Shown here: positions 8,225-16,913 of the stretch, one piece after another
How the letters are laid out: every line of letters begins with the position of its first letter
Numbering within the stretch: the first letter of the stretch is position 1
Origin: Candidatus Eiseniibacteriota bacterium
GTDB lineage: Bacteria > Joyebacterota > Joyebacteria > Joyebacterales > Joyebacteraceae
Length of the DNA: 40,464 bases
NCBI GenBank assembly: GCA_030638405.1
Contig: DAOWER010000176.1
Location: 1 to 40,464, forward strand
Direction of reading: 5' to 3'
The notes under the pieces: model-generated
Database searches by the model: none
Told to the model about the DNA's origin: nothing
Seen by the model: only the letters and a program-made list of their open reading frames with translations
Program-made: the position numbers and the translations under genes

Positions 8225-9508
8225 CTACAACTCGAGCGTCTCCTCGGCGCGCGCCGCGAGGAGCGGGCGGTTCCGCGCAATGATCACGTAGCCCCCGGCG
8301 AGCCTCAAGCCCCACGCGATCGCCGTGGCGATCGCCGCCCCCATCAGTCCCATCGCGCTGATCATTATGATGTCCAGAATGATGTTCACAACCACGCCGG
8401 CGAGGTTGAACCACAGAAACTGCTTGAGCGCCGGTCGGGGCAGGCGGCCGCCTATCACGCTGGAGGGAACAGAGTAGAACAGCTTAGCGATGCCAGACAA
8501 GGCGAAAGGCAGTATGAGGTACGCTCCCTCGTCGTAGTGCCCGGCGTACAGGACCCTCACGACGTCGTCCCCCAGGAGGAGGTATGCCACGGTGACGGCG
8601 CCGGCCAGGCCCGCAATGAGGAGATTGTACTTCCGAAGGTCGAGCTTCTTGACCACGTTGACCCGTGGCATGAGGACGTAGCTGATCGAGTAGAAGAGGA
8701 AATCGAAGCCCCTCATGACGGCGAAGATCGACGCGTACACCGCCAGGTGGGCGTACGGCAGCATCCTCCCGATGATGAGTTTGTCGACAGACACCATGAC
8801 CGCAAAGGAGAGGTTCAGACCAAGAAAGAACACGCCCTCACGCACCACCGAACGAGGCACCGGCTCTCCCCCCGTCCCGACCGTGCGGGTCCCTCGGACG
8901 GCGAGCAGGAGGCCGGACAGCAGGAACGCGACGCCGAGTGTCACTACGACGGTCGTGAAGGTCAGTGCTCCGAAGACCCAAAGCGCGACCAGTACGAGGG
9001 CGGCCGCCATGGTGGGAAGACGTACCGCCGTCATGGCGAGTTCGTAGCGGTGCTCAGCCCGCATGACCGAGCTCACGGTCACGGCCGTGTTCTGAGAGGC
9101 GACCAGGGCCACAAGCACTAGAGCGAGACCCCAGCCCAGCCCGTAGAACCCGGCGCAGGCCATCGCTGCAAGGGCGCCGAGCGGCAGCACGAGAGCGAGG
9201 ACCCGGCGCACGTGCGCGGCCGTGTCGTAGACGCCACGCTCTGTCCTGGAGAGGAAGCGGACGGCGGACGCGCCTTGGCCGACCATGGAGAACGTAGACA
9301 GGATCGGGAGCGCGCCCAGAAGGAGTGATATCAGTCCAACCTGTGTCTTGGGAAGCGAGCGGGCGAGCAGGGCCTGCGTGACGAGCTGCAGGCCCGCGCC
9401 GAGAAGAACGACGACGAAGACACGTCCGGCGCGCGTGGGCGTGGAAGATGCGTGTCTGGCAAGCAGGGTCTGGAGTCTCTCGATGCCCCTCACCGGCCCT
9501 CCGTGCAA
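8225..9508 (-). CDS. Polysaccharide biosynthesis protein, MOP/Wzx-like oligosaccharide flippase
   Basis: 427 aa, about 12 hydrophobic helices. N-terminal QALLARSLPKTQVGLISL resembles the Polysacc_synt motif. Located in the glycan locus. Confidence 0.65.
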   Translation of the reverse strand: MHGGPVRGIERLQTLLARHASSTPTRAGRVFVVVLLGAGLQLVTQALLARSLPKTQVGLISLLLGALPILSTFSMVGQGASAVRFLSRTERGVYDTAAHVRRVLALVLPLGALAAMACAGFYGLGWGLALVLVALVASQNTAVTVSSVMRAEHRYELAMTAVRLPTMAAALVLVALWVFGALTFTTVVVTLGVAFLLSGLLLAVRGTRTVGTGGEPVPRSVVREGVFFLGLNLSFAVMVSVDKLIIGRMLPYAHLAVYASIFAVMRGFDFLFYSISYVLMPRVNVVKKLDLRKYNLLIAGLAGAVTVAYLLLGDDVVRVLYAGHYDEGAYLILPFALSGIAKLFYSVPSSVIGGRLPRPALKQFLWFNLAGVVVNIILDIIMISAMGLMGAAIATAIAWGLRLAGGYVIIARNRPLLAARAEETLEL

Positions 9509-9537
9509 GAACGGGCATGCCGCTCGAGTCTGGTTGA

Positions 9538-11319
9538 CTACTCGATGTAGCCCAGCGACTTGAGTTGCTCTCTAATCGAGTCGTCCATCGTCGACCCGAC
9601 CTCTCCCCTCTCCTTCCCGACGGCGGGCTCGTATGAAGGGATGAACGACAACGGATGGACGGCCATGTGCTCTTGTCTGATGATCTCCGTTAGCGCCCTG
9701 CCGTCCATGTCCTCCCCTACGGGCAGCCCCATGACCGCGAGCGCCGTGGGTGTCACGTCGAATATCGTGGCGCCCTCTATCCATCCCGCGGCGCGGAACG
9801 CGGGGCCAGACGCAATGATGACTCCGGCCACGTCGTGCGTGCCCGTCAGCTGCGGTCTGCTCGGGTCCGCGTCCAGCCGCGCCTTGAAGCCGTGATCGGA
9901 GACCACGATGACGTTGACGTCGTCGCCGAGGACCTCGAGAAGCCGCCCGAGCAGCCTGTCGGTGTAGACGTAGTAACTGTCGATCACTTCCCCGTACGCC
10001 GAGATGTCCTCTTCGGGAACGCCGCCGAACGGCTCGGGGTCCGCGTACTTCCAGAAGAAGTGCTGCACGAAGTCGACACCGCGCAGGTAGACCGCCGAGA
10101 GGACCGGTCTGTAGCCGGGCGTCAGGGCCGTCGACATGCGGGAGTAGATGGCGTCACGCAGGTATCCCCAGCGCAGCGGCTCGTCGACGATCCTATTGAG
10201 CTGGAAGCGGAGGTCGTCCTTCGGGTAGCGCTTGTATCCAGCGTCGAACCTGAATGCTCCGAAGGACTCCAGACGTTCGTTCGTCGGACGCCGCCCGAGC
10301 GACTGGAACATCTGCACCGGGCCTCGCAGGAGCGAATGGAGGCGGTCGGACACCAGGAATCCGTTGACCTCGTCCACCGGCCACGTGACATACCAACCCA
10401 CGATGCCGACCGGGAGGCCGAAGCTCCCGACGATGTCCCAGACGGGTGCTGCTGACCTCATCGTGGCGTTGACCGGCACGCCTGCCTCGTTGACGAAATC
10501 GCGGATGCCGTGCTTGTCGGCCGTCTTGCCGGTCGCGATGGTCGTCCAGATGCGGGGTGAGACCAGAGGCGGCTCCGACATGAGTGGTCCGTAGGCGCCG
10601 CGGTCCATGATGCGGCGGAAGTTCGGAAGTCTCCCCGACTCCACCAGAGGTCCGAGCTTCTCCCAGTCGCAGCCGTCGACTCCGATGATGGCGACCCTGG
10701 GCGTCTCGACCCCCGCGGGTGCCATGTCCCCGGATCCCGTGACACCGGTCCTCGCCTGGACACCCACGACAAGGACTGTGAGGGCCAGCGCCGCGCACAC
10801 CGTTCCCAGCACCGGGATTCCCCGGCCGTGGATGCGCATTCTGAGAAACGAGAGGACGACCAGCAGTGCCCACCCCAGAAGCCAGCCCGCGATAAGCCCG
10901 ACGACAAGCACGACAGCGAGCCCTATCACATTGAGCTGGAACGTCGTCAGCGTATCCGCGCGCACGAAGGTCTCAGAGCCCTTGAGCGGGAGGAACATCA
11001 GCACGAGCGTGACCCAGAGAGTCGCCGTGAAGAGTGTCGTCATGACCGCGCGTTCCGACGCGCCGGCGGTCCCGCCCCGCTTTCTGGCGCGGGCCGTGAG
11101 GAGCAGAACAAGCCCGCTGAGAACCGTGTAGACGACGGCAAGCGCGAGCAGTATGGGTAGCACTTGTGAGGGCATGAGCGTCAGCACGAAGCCGCTGGTC
11201 CTAAGCCCGGCCACGCCCAGCAGGGCCCCGACCGCCAGAGCGAACCCGGCGCCCGAGAAGATGAGCGTCTTCCACACGACGGCTCCCCCGCCGTGCCTCT
11301 TTCCCGCGTCTCCTGTCAT
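9538..11319 (-). CDS. Membrane-anchored alkaline-phosphatase-superfamily protein (type I phosphodiesterase/nucleotide pyrophosphatase-like)
   Basis: About 190-aa N-terminal region with 5-6 TM helices, then IGVDGCDWEKLGPLVESGRLPNFRRIMDRGAYGPL...SPRIWTTIATGKTADKHGI...VVSDHGF. C-terminal tail REQLKSLGYIE. The ATG overlaps the GT9 stop (ATGA). Confidence 0.75.
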   Translation of the reverse strand: MTGDAGKRHGGGAVVWKTLIFSGAGFALAVGALLGVAGLRTSGFVLTLMPSQVLPILLALAVVYTVLSGLVLLLTARARKRGGTAGASERAVMTTLFTATLWVTLVLMFLPLKGSETFVRADTLTTFQLNVIGLAVVLVVGLIAGWLLGWALLVVLSFLRMRIHGRGIPVLGTVCAALALTVLVVGVQARTGVTGSGDMAPAGVETPRVAIIGVDGCDWEKLGPLVESGRLPNFRRIMDRGAYGPLMSEPPLVSPRIWTTIATGKTADKHGIRDFVNEAGVPVNATMRSAAPVWDIVGSFGLPVGIVGWYVTWPVDEVNGFLVSDRLHSLLRGPVQMFQSLGRRPTNERLESFGAFRFDAGYKRYPKDDLRFQLNRIVDEPLRWGYLRDAIYSRMSTALTPGYRPVLSAVYLRGVDFVQHFFWKYADPEPFGGVPEEDISAYGEVIDSYYVYTDRLLGRLLEVLGDDVNVIVVSDHGFKARLDADPSRPQLTGTHDVAGVIIASGPAFRAAGWIEGATIFDVTPTALAVMGLPVGEDMDGRALTEIIRQEHMAVHPLSFIPSYEPAVGKERGEVGSTMDDSIREQLKSLGYIE

Positions 11320-12422
11320 GCCTCTTCCAGTGCCTCCGTTAGTGCCTCAAAGACCGTCTCCATCTCGATGGCCTCCATACACGATGGTCTGACGTCGCAG
11401 TCCCGTCTGTAGCACGGAGCACAGTCGAGCGGGCTCAGCACCTTTCTGCCGGTCCCGAAGAATTCTATCTCCTGCGGCGCGCTGGGCCCGAACAACACCA
11501 CCGTGGGCACACCGAGCGCGATGCCGATGTGCATCGCCAGCGTGTCGCCGGTGACGAGGGCGTCCAGCATCCCTACGACGGCCGCGAAATCGAGCACGTC
11601 GTGCAGTCCGCCGTCGACCGCGGCGTCGGGTGCCGCGCTCAGCACGGCCTTCGCACGCTCCCTGTCGTCGGCGCCACCGAGTACGATTGCGGTGCCGCCA
11701 AGTCTCTCGCGCACCGCGCCGGCGAGCGCCGCGTAACCGGTCGGCGTCCAGGCCTTGTTCGCGAAAACGTGTCCCGCGCCGACGTTGAGGCCGATCACCG
11801 GCTCGGGGAGAGACAGGCCGTTCAGGAACTGCTCAGCGTACTCGATTGAACTCTCGGGCAGCGCGAGCACGTAGGGGTCTGCTTGGTACTCGAGCCCCGC
11901 CGTGCGGCAGAAGATCGCAGGATACGTCATCGTGTTCTCGTGGAATTTCATCTCGTTGGAGAGCCCCAGCTCGTAGTCGTATCGCGCGTCCGCGTTCAGA
12001 GGCTCCACGGCGCCGGCCAGCGACAGGGCGAACCCCAGCTTCTCGGAAGCTCGCAGTGCTGAGGCGAGCGCGCAGGCGCGCTCCTCCTTATCCAGACATA
12101 TGAGAAGGTCGATGGACTGCACCAGCAGCGTGAGCCATGTCTCGAACCCGAAGGCCAGCGCGCGGTCCACGTAGGGATTGAACTCTATGAGGGGAAGGCT
12201 GAGTGGGTCGGTGACCCACGTGATGTATGAATCGGGGTGCGCTCTCTTGAGCGGAGCGAGTATCGATGTGGTCCGCAGGACGTCACCGGCCGCAGCCAGC
12301 TTGATGACGACTATGTGCTCGCCCCGCTTGACGTAGTGCTCGCACCCCTCACACTGCCCGCCCCACACGCAGGGTCTGTCCCCGAGAAACAGCCTGCAGT
12401 CCGTTCTCACTTGCATAGGCAT
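11316..12422 (-). CDS. GT9-family glycosyltransferase (heptosyltransferase-like) with Cys clusters at both termini
   Basis: HIVVIKLAAAGDVLRTTSILAPLKRAHPDSYITWVT and GGADDRERA...VTGDTLAMHIGIALGVPTVVLFGPS are GT9 hallmarks. N-terminal C-x8-C-x5-C-x2-C (CRLFLGDRPCVWGGQCEGC). C-terminal C-x2-C-x4-C-x5-C (CAPCYRRDCDVRPSC). Confidence 0.8.
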   Translation of the reverse strand: MPMQVRTDCRLFLGDRPCVWGGQCEGCEHYVKRGEHIVVIKLAAAGDVLRTTSILAPLKRAHPDSYITWVTDPLSLPLIEFNPYVDRALAFGFETWLTLLVQSIDLLICLDKEERACALASALRASEKLGFALSLAGAVEPLNADARYDYELGLSNEMKFHENTMTYPAIFCRTAGLEYQADPYVLALPESSIEYAEQFLNGLSLPEPVIGLNVGAGHVFANKAWTPTGYAALAGAVRERLGGTAIVLGGADDRERAKAVLSAAPDAAVDGGLHDVLDFAAVVGMLDALVTGDTLAMHIGIALGVPTVVLFGPSAPQEIEFFGTGRKVLSPLDCAPCYRRDCDVRPSCMEAIEMETVFEALTEALEEA

Positions 12423-12452
12423 CTGTGTGGTTCCGCCTCCGTCAAAGGCCAG

Positions 12453-13868
12453 CTATTCTATGTAGCCGAGCGCCCTCAGCTTCTCCTTGATCCCCTCGTC
12501 CATCGGCGATTCCATCGGCGTCTGGTCACCTTGAGGGCCACCCGTTTCGTAGGTCGCGACAGTGGTCACAGGATTCCCGTCCAGAAAGGACGCTTCGAAC
12601 GCCTCGACCGTCGCGGTGCCGTCCATGTCCTCGGCCACGGGGAGCCCGAGGTACGCGAGCATCGTCGGCGTCACGTCCACTACCGACGTGTCGGGCAGCC
12701 TGTTGTCCTTCCTGACACCCGGCCCCGTCATGATGAAGATGCCGTCCACTCCGTGGTCCCAGGGCACGTCCTTGCCACCTTCCACGGTCCGGATCTTCTC
12801 GCCTCTCTCCCAGCGTTCCTTGAGGTCGCGCTTGGTCTCGAAGCCGTGATCGGACACGATCATGACGGCGGTTTCGTCGCCCACCTCTTGCAGGTAGGCC
12901 GCGATGACACCGTCGACGTAGCGGTAGTAGTTGCGCACGACACGCCCGTAGAGCCGTTCGTCAGCCGGCGAGACCGTGAAACCCTCCTGGCGCTGGTAGC
13001 CCCAGTAGTAGTGGGAGACGACGTCCGTGCCCTGCAGGTAGACCGCGAACACGTCCGGTTTGTGGCGCTTCAGCATCGCCAGCCCGGCATCGGCAAAGGT
13101 CTTGTCCTTCGCGAACACCCAGCGGGCGTGGAACTGCTTGGCCGGGTCCGTGAAAGACGGATCCGGGAAGAGGAGCGCGAGCTCGCTCGTGGTCACGTCC
13201 TCCTCGGTGACGATGAACGGCTCGAAGTCGGCGTAGAGCTCTTCGGGATACGTCCTGCCGTCGAAGTCCTCCACCATCAGACGGCCCGACCGGTCGCGCG
13301 CCGCGCCGAAGGGGATTCCGTGCCGGCTCCAGTTGACCGGCCAGGCACGCTGTGCGATCACGAAGCCGTTGACCTCCTCCGCGGGCCAGCTGGGCCACCA
13401 CCCGACTATGCCGACCGTGACGTCCGCCTCCGAGAGGATGTTCCAGAAGGCCTTGACCTTCCTCATGTTGCTCGTGACCGGTACCTCCCGGTCGGTCCCG
13501 GGAATCTCAGCCGTGAACCGCGTGATCCCATGCTTCTCGGGAACGACTCCCGTCGCTATTGACGTCCACATCTGCGGCGACTGGATCGGCACGCCCGTCT
13601 TCAGGATCCCGTACGAGCCCCTGTTGACCAGCGACGTCAGCGTCGGCAGCTCCCCGGCCTGCATCATCGGTGTGAGGATGTTCCACGTCCCCGCGTCCAC
13701 TCCGAAAAGAAGCAGCCGCGGCGATTCGGCCGGAGCTTCCTCGTTCGAGCACCCGGCGAGCGCCGGCAGCAACGACAGCAGGAGAGCCACCGTGAGCGCC
13801 GCGATCGGTGCGAACGTGGGGCGGTTGCGGACCGCACGGGGCGGCCGCCTGCGATGAACGTCCGGCAT
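12453..13868 (-). CDS. Lipoprotein of the alkaline-phosphatase superfamily (type I phosphodiesterase/nucleotide pyrophosphatase-like); paralog of 9538..11319
   Basis: Lipobox LLPALAGCSNEE. FGVDAGTWNILTPMMQAGELPTLTSLVNRGSYGIL...SPQMWTSIATGVVPEKHGI...IVSDHGF. C-terminal tail KEKLRALGYIE mirrors the paralog. Confidence 0.75.
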   Translation of the reverse strand: MPDVHRRRPPRAVRNRPTFAPIAALTVALLLSLLPALAGCSNEEAPAESPRLLLFGVDAGTWNILTPMMQAGELPTLTSLVNRGSYGILKTGVPIQSPQMWTSIATGVVPEKHGITRFTAEIPGTDREVPVTSNMRKVKAFWNILSEADVTVGIVGWWPSWPAEEVNGFVIAQRAWPVNWSRHGIPFGAARDRSGRLMVEDFDGRTYPEELYADFEPFIVTEEDVTTSELALLFPDPSFTDPAKQFHARWVFAKDKTFADAGLAMLKRHKPDVFAVYLQGTDVVSHYYWGYQRQEGFTVSPADERLYGRVVRNYYRYVDGVIAAYLQEVGDETAVMIVSDHGFETKRDLKERWERGEKIRTVEGGKDVPWDHGVDGIFIMTGPGVRKDNRLPDTSVVDVTPTMLAYLGLPVAEDMDGTATVEAFEASFLDGNPVTTVATYETGGPQGDQTPMESPMDEGIKEKLRALGYIE

Positions 13869-13872
13869 GTGT

Positions 13873-14769
13873 CTAGGTCCTCCTTCGTCCCGTCATAGAG
13901 TCCCACAGGCTCCTTACGATGGCGGCCACGTTGGCGCCCCTTCCTCTGACCAGCTCACGGACCGCGAAACCGATGGTCCGGACCACTGTGAGCGGGACGA
14001 TCCCAAACCAGTGATAGGGCCGCGCGTGCAGAGAGAAGAACCTGAGTGTGCTGCGCAACCGGTGGTATATCTTGAACGGCGTCAGCCCGCCGCCCGAGCT
14101 CATCGAGACCTTGTGCCAGATCCTCGCGCTCGGCGCGAAGAGCACATCGAAGCCGGCGTCTCGGGCACGGACGCACCAGTCCGTGTCCTCGTTGTACATG
14201 TAGTAACCCTCGTCCATCGGGCCGACCGTCCTGACCGCCTCCGCGGACGCGAGAACGGCGCACGCGGTGACGTAGTCGACCTCCATCACGCCGACGTACT
14301 GCCCGGCGTCTTCCTCACGAAGCCCGACGTGCCGAATGTTCCCCGTCCAGAAGGAAACGGCGCCGCCCGCCGACCATATAACGGAGGGCCGGTCAGCGTA
14401 GTAGATCATCGGGCCTACGAATGCGCTCTTGGGATGCGCGAGCGCGGCCTCAACGAGCGCACTCACAGCATTGCCGTCCAGCTCGATGTCGTTGTTCAGG
14501 AGCAGGACGTAGTCCGCCCCTTCATCGAGCGTATACTCAAGCCCGGCGTTCACACCCGCGGCGAAGCCGAGGTTCGAACTCTGCTCGGCCACGCGGACGG
14601 ACGGGAATTCGTCACGCACGAACTGCGCGGAGCCGTCGCTGGATGCGTTGTCCACGACCAGCACCGAGAGGTTCGAATACGACGACGCGAGCAGTGTCCG
14701 CAGGCACGGCTCGAGCACGTCCCTGCCGTTCCAGTTGACCACCACGGCCCAGACCAGGGGATCCGCCAC
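13873..14769 (-). CDS. GT2 glycosyltransferase (rhamnosyltransferase-like)
   Basis: WAVVVNWNGRDVLEPCLRTLL...LSVLVVDNASSDGS...LLLNNDIEL...YMYNEDTDWCVRARDAGFDVLFAPSARIWHKVS. Confidence 0.8.
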   Translation of the reverse strand: MADPLVWAVVVNWNGRDVLEPCLRTLLASSYSNLSVLVVDNASSDGSAQFVRDEFPSVRVAEQSSNLGFAAGVNAGLEYTLDEGADYVLLLNNDIELDGNAVSALVEAALAHPKSAFVGPMIYYADRPSVIWSAGGAVSFWTGNIRHVGLREEDAGQYVGVMEVDYVTACAVLASAEAVRTVGPMDEGYYMYNEDTDWCVRARDAGFDVLFAPSARIWHKVSMSSGGGLTPFKIYHRLRSTLRFFSLHARPYHWFGIVPLTVVRTIGFAVRELVRGRGANVAAIVRSLWDSMTGRRRT

Positions 14770-14770
14770 T

Positions 14771-15979
14771 CTAAGACCTCGCCATCTCGAGGAAGTCCTG
14801 AACGGCCCTGCGCATCAGCTCCCCTGCGTGATCGCGCTGAGCCTCCTTGACCACGTTCGCCTTCATCCGCGGAGCGTCTCCGCTGGTGAAGTAACGCACG
14901 ACCGCGTCCGCGAGCTCCCGCTCGTTCTCAGGTTTCACAATATAGCCCGTTTCGGCCTCCCGCACCACTTCAGGTAGTCCACCGACGTTCGTGCTTATCA
15001 CGGGAAGCCCGAAGGCAAAGGCTATCTGTGTAATGCCGCTCTGCGTGGCCGAGACGTACGGCAGGACCGCCACGTCGGCCGCTCCGAAGTAGTCACCGAC
15101 CGATTCATCCGGAACGTGCTCCGCCACCACCCGGACGCGCTCCCCTATGCCCAGCTCGTCGATGACACGGTCGTACCCGGCGCGGTCATCGTAGAACTCA
15201 CCGACCACCAGGAGGTCCACGTCGACCTCCTGGAGTATCCTGGGCATCGCGCGCAGCAGGTACACCAGACCTTTGTACTCACGGACGTATCCAAAGAAGA
15301 GCACCGTCGGCCGCGTCAGCCCAAGCGAATCCCTGACCGCATTGCGGTCGACGCCGGACGGGTTGTAGCAGTCGTAGATCGGAAGGGCCGCCTGTCTCAC
15401 GGGCGTCCTCGGGAAGAGCGACTGGACGCGGCTCGCGACCACTCCGGATAGGACCATGAAGTAGTTCGCGGAGCTCAGTGCGAACTTCGTGAGAAACCGG
15501 TCGATGAACCGGTTCTCGTGCGACACGACGTTCTCACACACGATCACTATCCGGGCGCCGATCCTGCGCTTGAGCATCCGTGCCATGACACCGTAGCAGA
15601 TCCCGAAGAACGGATTCCACCAGACAAAGACGACCAGGTCGGGACGCCTTCTCGGCTGCGATATCCAGCGCACGGCCTCGATCCACGAGAACGGATTGAC
15701 TGAATCGATAATCTGCCGCGAGGGCGTGTTCTTCACGGGGTCGTGGCTGAGGTTCATCTGTGTCTTACTGGGGAAGAGCAGTGAGGGGTACAAACGCTTG
15801 AACTAGACCACGTACGCGTCGTGGTCGAGCCGGAGGTTCTCGTAGAGATGCGCGACGAAGAGCGCGTTGCCGCCTCTCAAGGGATAGGCCGGGCCGACGA
15901 CGGCGATTCGCGCGCTTGCCTCAGATCCGAGAGGCGCGTCCGCGGACGAACTCTTGTCAGGAGTTGTCGTCAAGCCCAT
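14771..15979 (-). pseudogene. GT4 (Glycos_transf_1) glycosyltransferase interrupted by a single in-frame TAG at 15805..15803
   Basis: The ORF track gives only 14771..15793 (TTG start), which lacks the GT4 N-terminus. The same frame upstream from ATG 15979 reads MGLTTTPDKSSSADAPLGSEASARIAVVGPAYPLRGGNALFVAHLYENLRLDHDAYVV-TAG-FKRLYPSLLFPSKTQ. This is the canonical start of this GT4 subfamily (R/K-I-A-x-V-G-x-A-Y-P-x-R-GG ... YP-x-LFP-x-K-T-Q). The downstream part carries FFGYVREYKGL...LVVGE...LPYVSATQSGI...GLPVISTNVGGLPEVV. Confidence 0.7.
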
Positions 15980-16910
15980 CTTCCTTCCGCGCGAGACGCT
16001 CCCTCACCGGGTACGAGATGGTGTCACCCTTGAGATTTGCCACCATCTCTCCGAGGAGTCCGAACGAGATGAACTGCACGCCCACGACCATGAGCAGGAT
16101 GGCGAGCGTCAGTAGGGGTCTGCGGCCTATCGCCTGCCCCATGAGCTTGAGGACCGTGAGGTACAGCCCCGCCAGGAACCCGCCCGAGAACAGCAGCGCT
16201 CCCAGCATACCGAAGAGGTGAAGGGGTCTTGTGACGTAACGTCGCAGGAACAGCACCGTCAGGAGGTCGAAGAACCCCCTGAGGAAGCGCTCCGCGCCGA
16301 ACTTCGAGCGGCCGTACTCGCGAGCGTGGTGTGTGACCGGAACCTCGGTGACCGTGAAGCCCGACCACTGTGCCAGGACGGGCGTGTAGCGGTGAAGTTC
16401 CCCGTACACGCTGATGCTCTTCACGACCTGCCTGCGGTACGCCTTGAGCCCGCAGTTCATGTCGTGGATCCTGACGCCGGACAGCCTGCCGGTCACCGCG
16501 TTGTAGAGCTTCGACGGAAGTCGTTTCGAGAGCGGATCCTTGCGGTCCTTCTTCCATCCCGAGACGAGGTCGTACCCGCTCTCTATCACCTCGAGCATTC
16601 CAGGGAGCTCGGCCGGGTCATCCTGGAGATCGGCGTCCATCGTGAACACAACGTCGCCCGTGGCCTCCTTGAACCCCACACTGAGCGCGGCCGACTTGCC
16701 GAGATTTCTCCCGAACACGAGCACCGTGACGTTCTCGTTCTCCTCATGAAGGCTCCGCAGGATGTCCATCGACGAGTCGGTGCTCCCGTCGTTGATGAAA
16801 ATCACTTCCCACCGGCGTCCGAGAGGACGGAGCGCGCCGTCGATGCGCTCGTATAGCTCTCTCAGACTGTCGGCCTCGTTCAGAAGCGGTATTACGACAG
16901 AGATGTCCAT
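15957..16910 (-). CDS. GtrB/ArnC-like polyprenyl-phosphate glycosyltransferase (GT2 with two C-terminal TM helices)
   Basis: MDISVVIPLLNEADSL...VIFINDGSTDSS...GRNLGKSAAL...FTMDADLQDDP...LVSGWKKDRKDP...HRYTPVL; C-terminal helices LHLFGMLGALLFSGGFLAGLYL and LLTLAILLMVVGVQFISFGLLGEMV. Confidence 0.85.
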   Translation of the reverse strand: MDISVVIPLLNEADSLRELYERIDGALRPLGRRWEVIFINDGSTDSSMDILRSLHEENENVTVLVFGRNLGKSAALSVGFKEATGDVVFTMDADLQDDPAELPGMLEVIESGYDLVSGWKKDRKDPLSKRLPSKLYNAVTGRLSGVRIHDMNCGLKAYRRQVVKSISVYGELHRYTPVLAQWSGFTVTEVPVTHHAREYGRSKFGAERFLRGFFDLLTVLFLRRYVTRPLHLFGMLGALLFSGGFLAGLYLTVLKLMGQAIGRRPLLTLAILLMVVGVQFISFGLLGEMVANLKGDTISYPVRERLARKEDGLDDNS

Positions 16911-16913
16911 GTG

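Noticed and set aside
5840-9121. Plus-strand ORFs 5840..7381 (513 aa) and 7640..9121 (493 aa), and the alternative minus frame 5940..7397 (485 aa)
   Set aside because: They overlap the YfhO-like and Wzx-like membrane-protein genes. They are highly charged Arg/Glu/Asp/His-rich low-complexity translations, whereas the chosen frames give coherent TM helices and family motifs.
12237-13562. Plus-strand ORF 12237..13562 (441 aa)
   Set aside because: It is antisense to the alkaline-phosphatase-family lipoprotein gene, which has a lipobox, catalytic motifs and a paralog in the window. The ORF has an Arg/Val/His-rich composition.
15803-15805. TAG as a recoded sense codon (pyrrolysine or genome-wide reassignment)
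   Set aside because: TAG is used as an ordinary terminator by several well-defined genes in the window: the propeller at 1392, the Wzx-like gene at 8225, DUF362 at 19821, the PPIase at 38891 and rplI at 40135. No pyl genes are visible.
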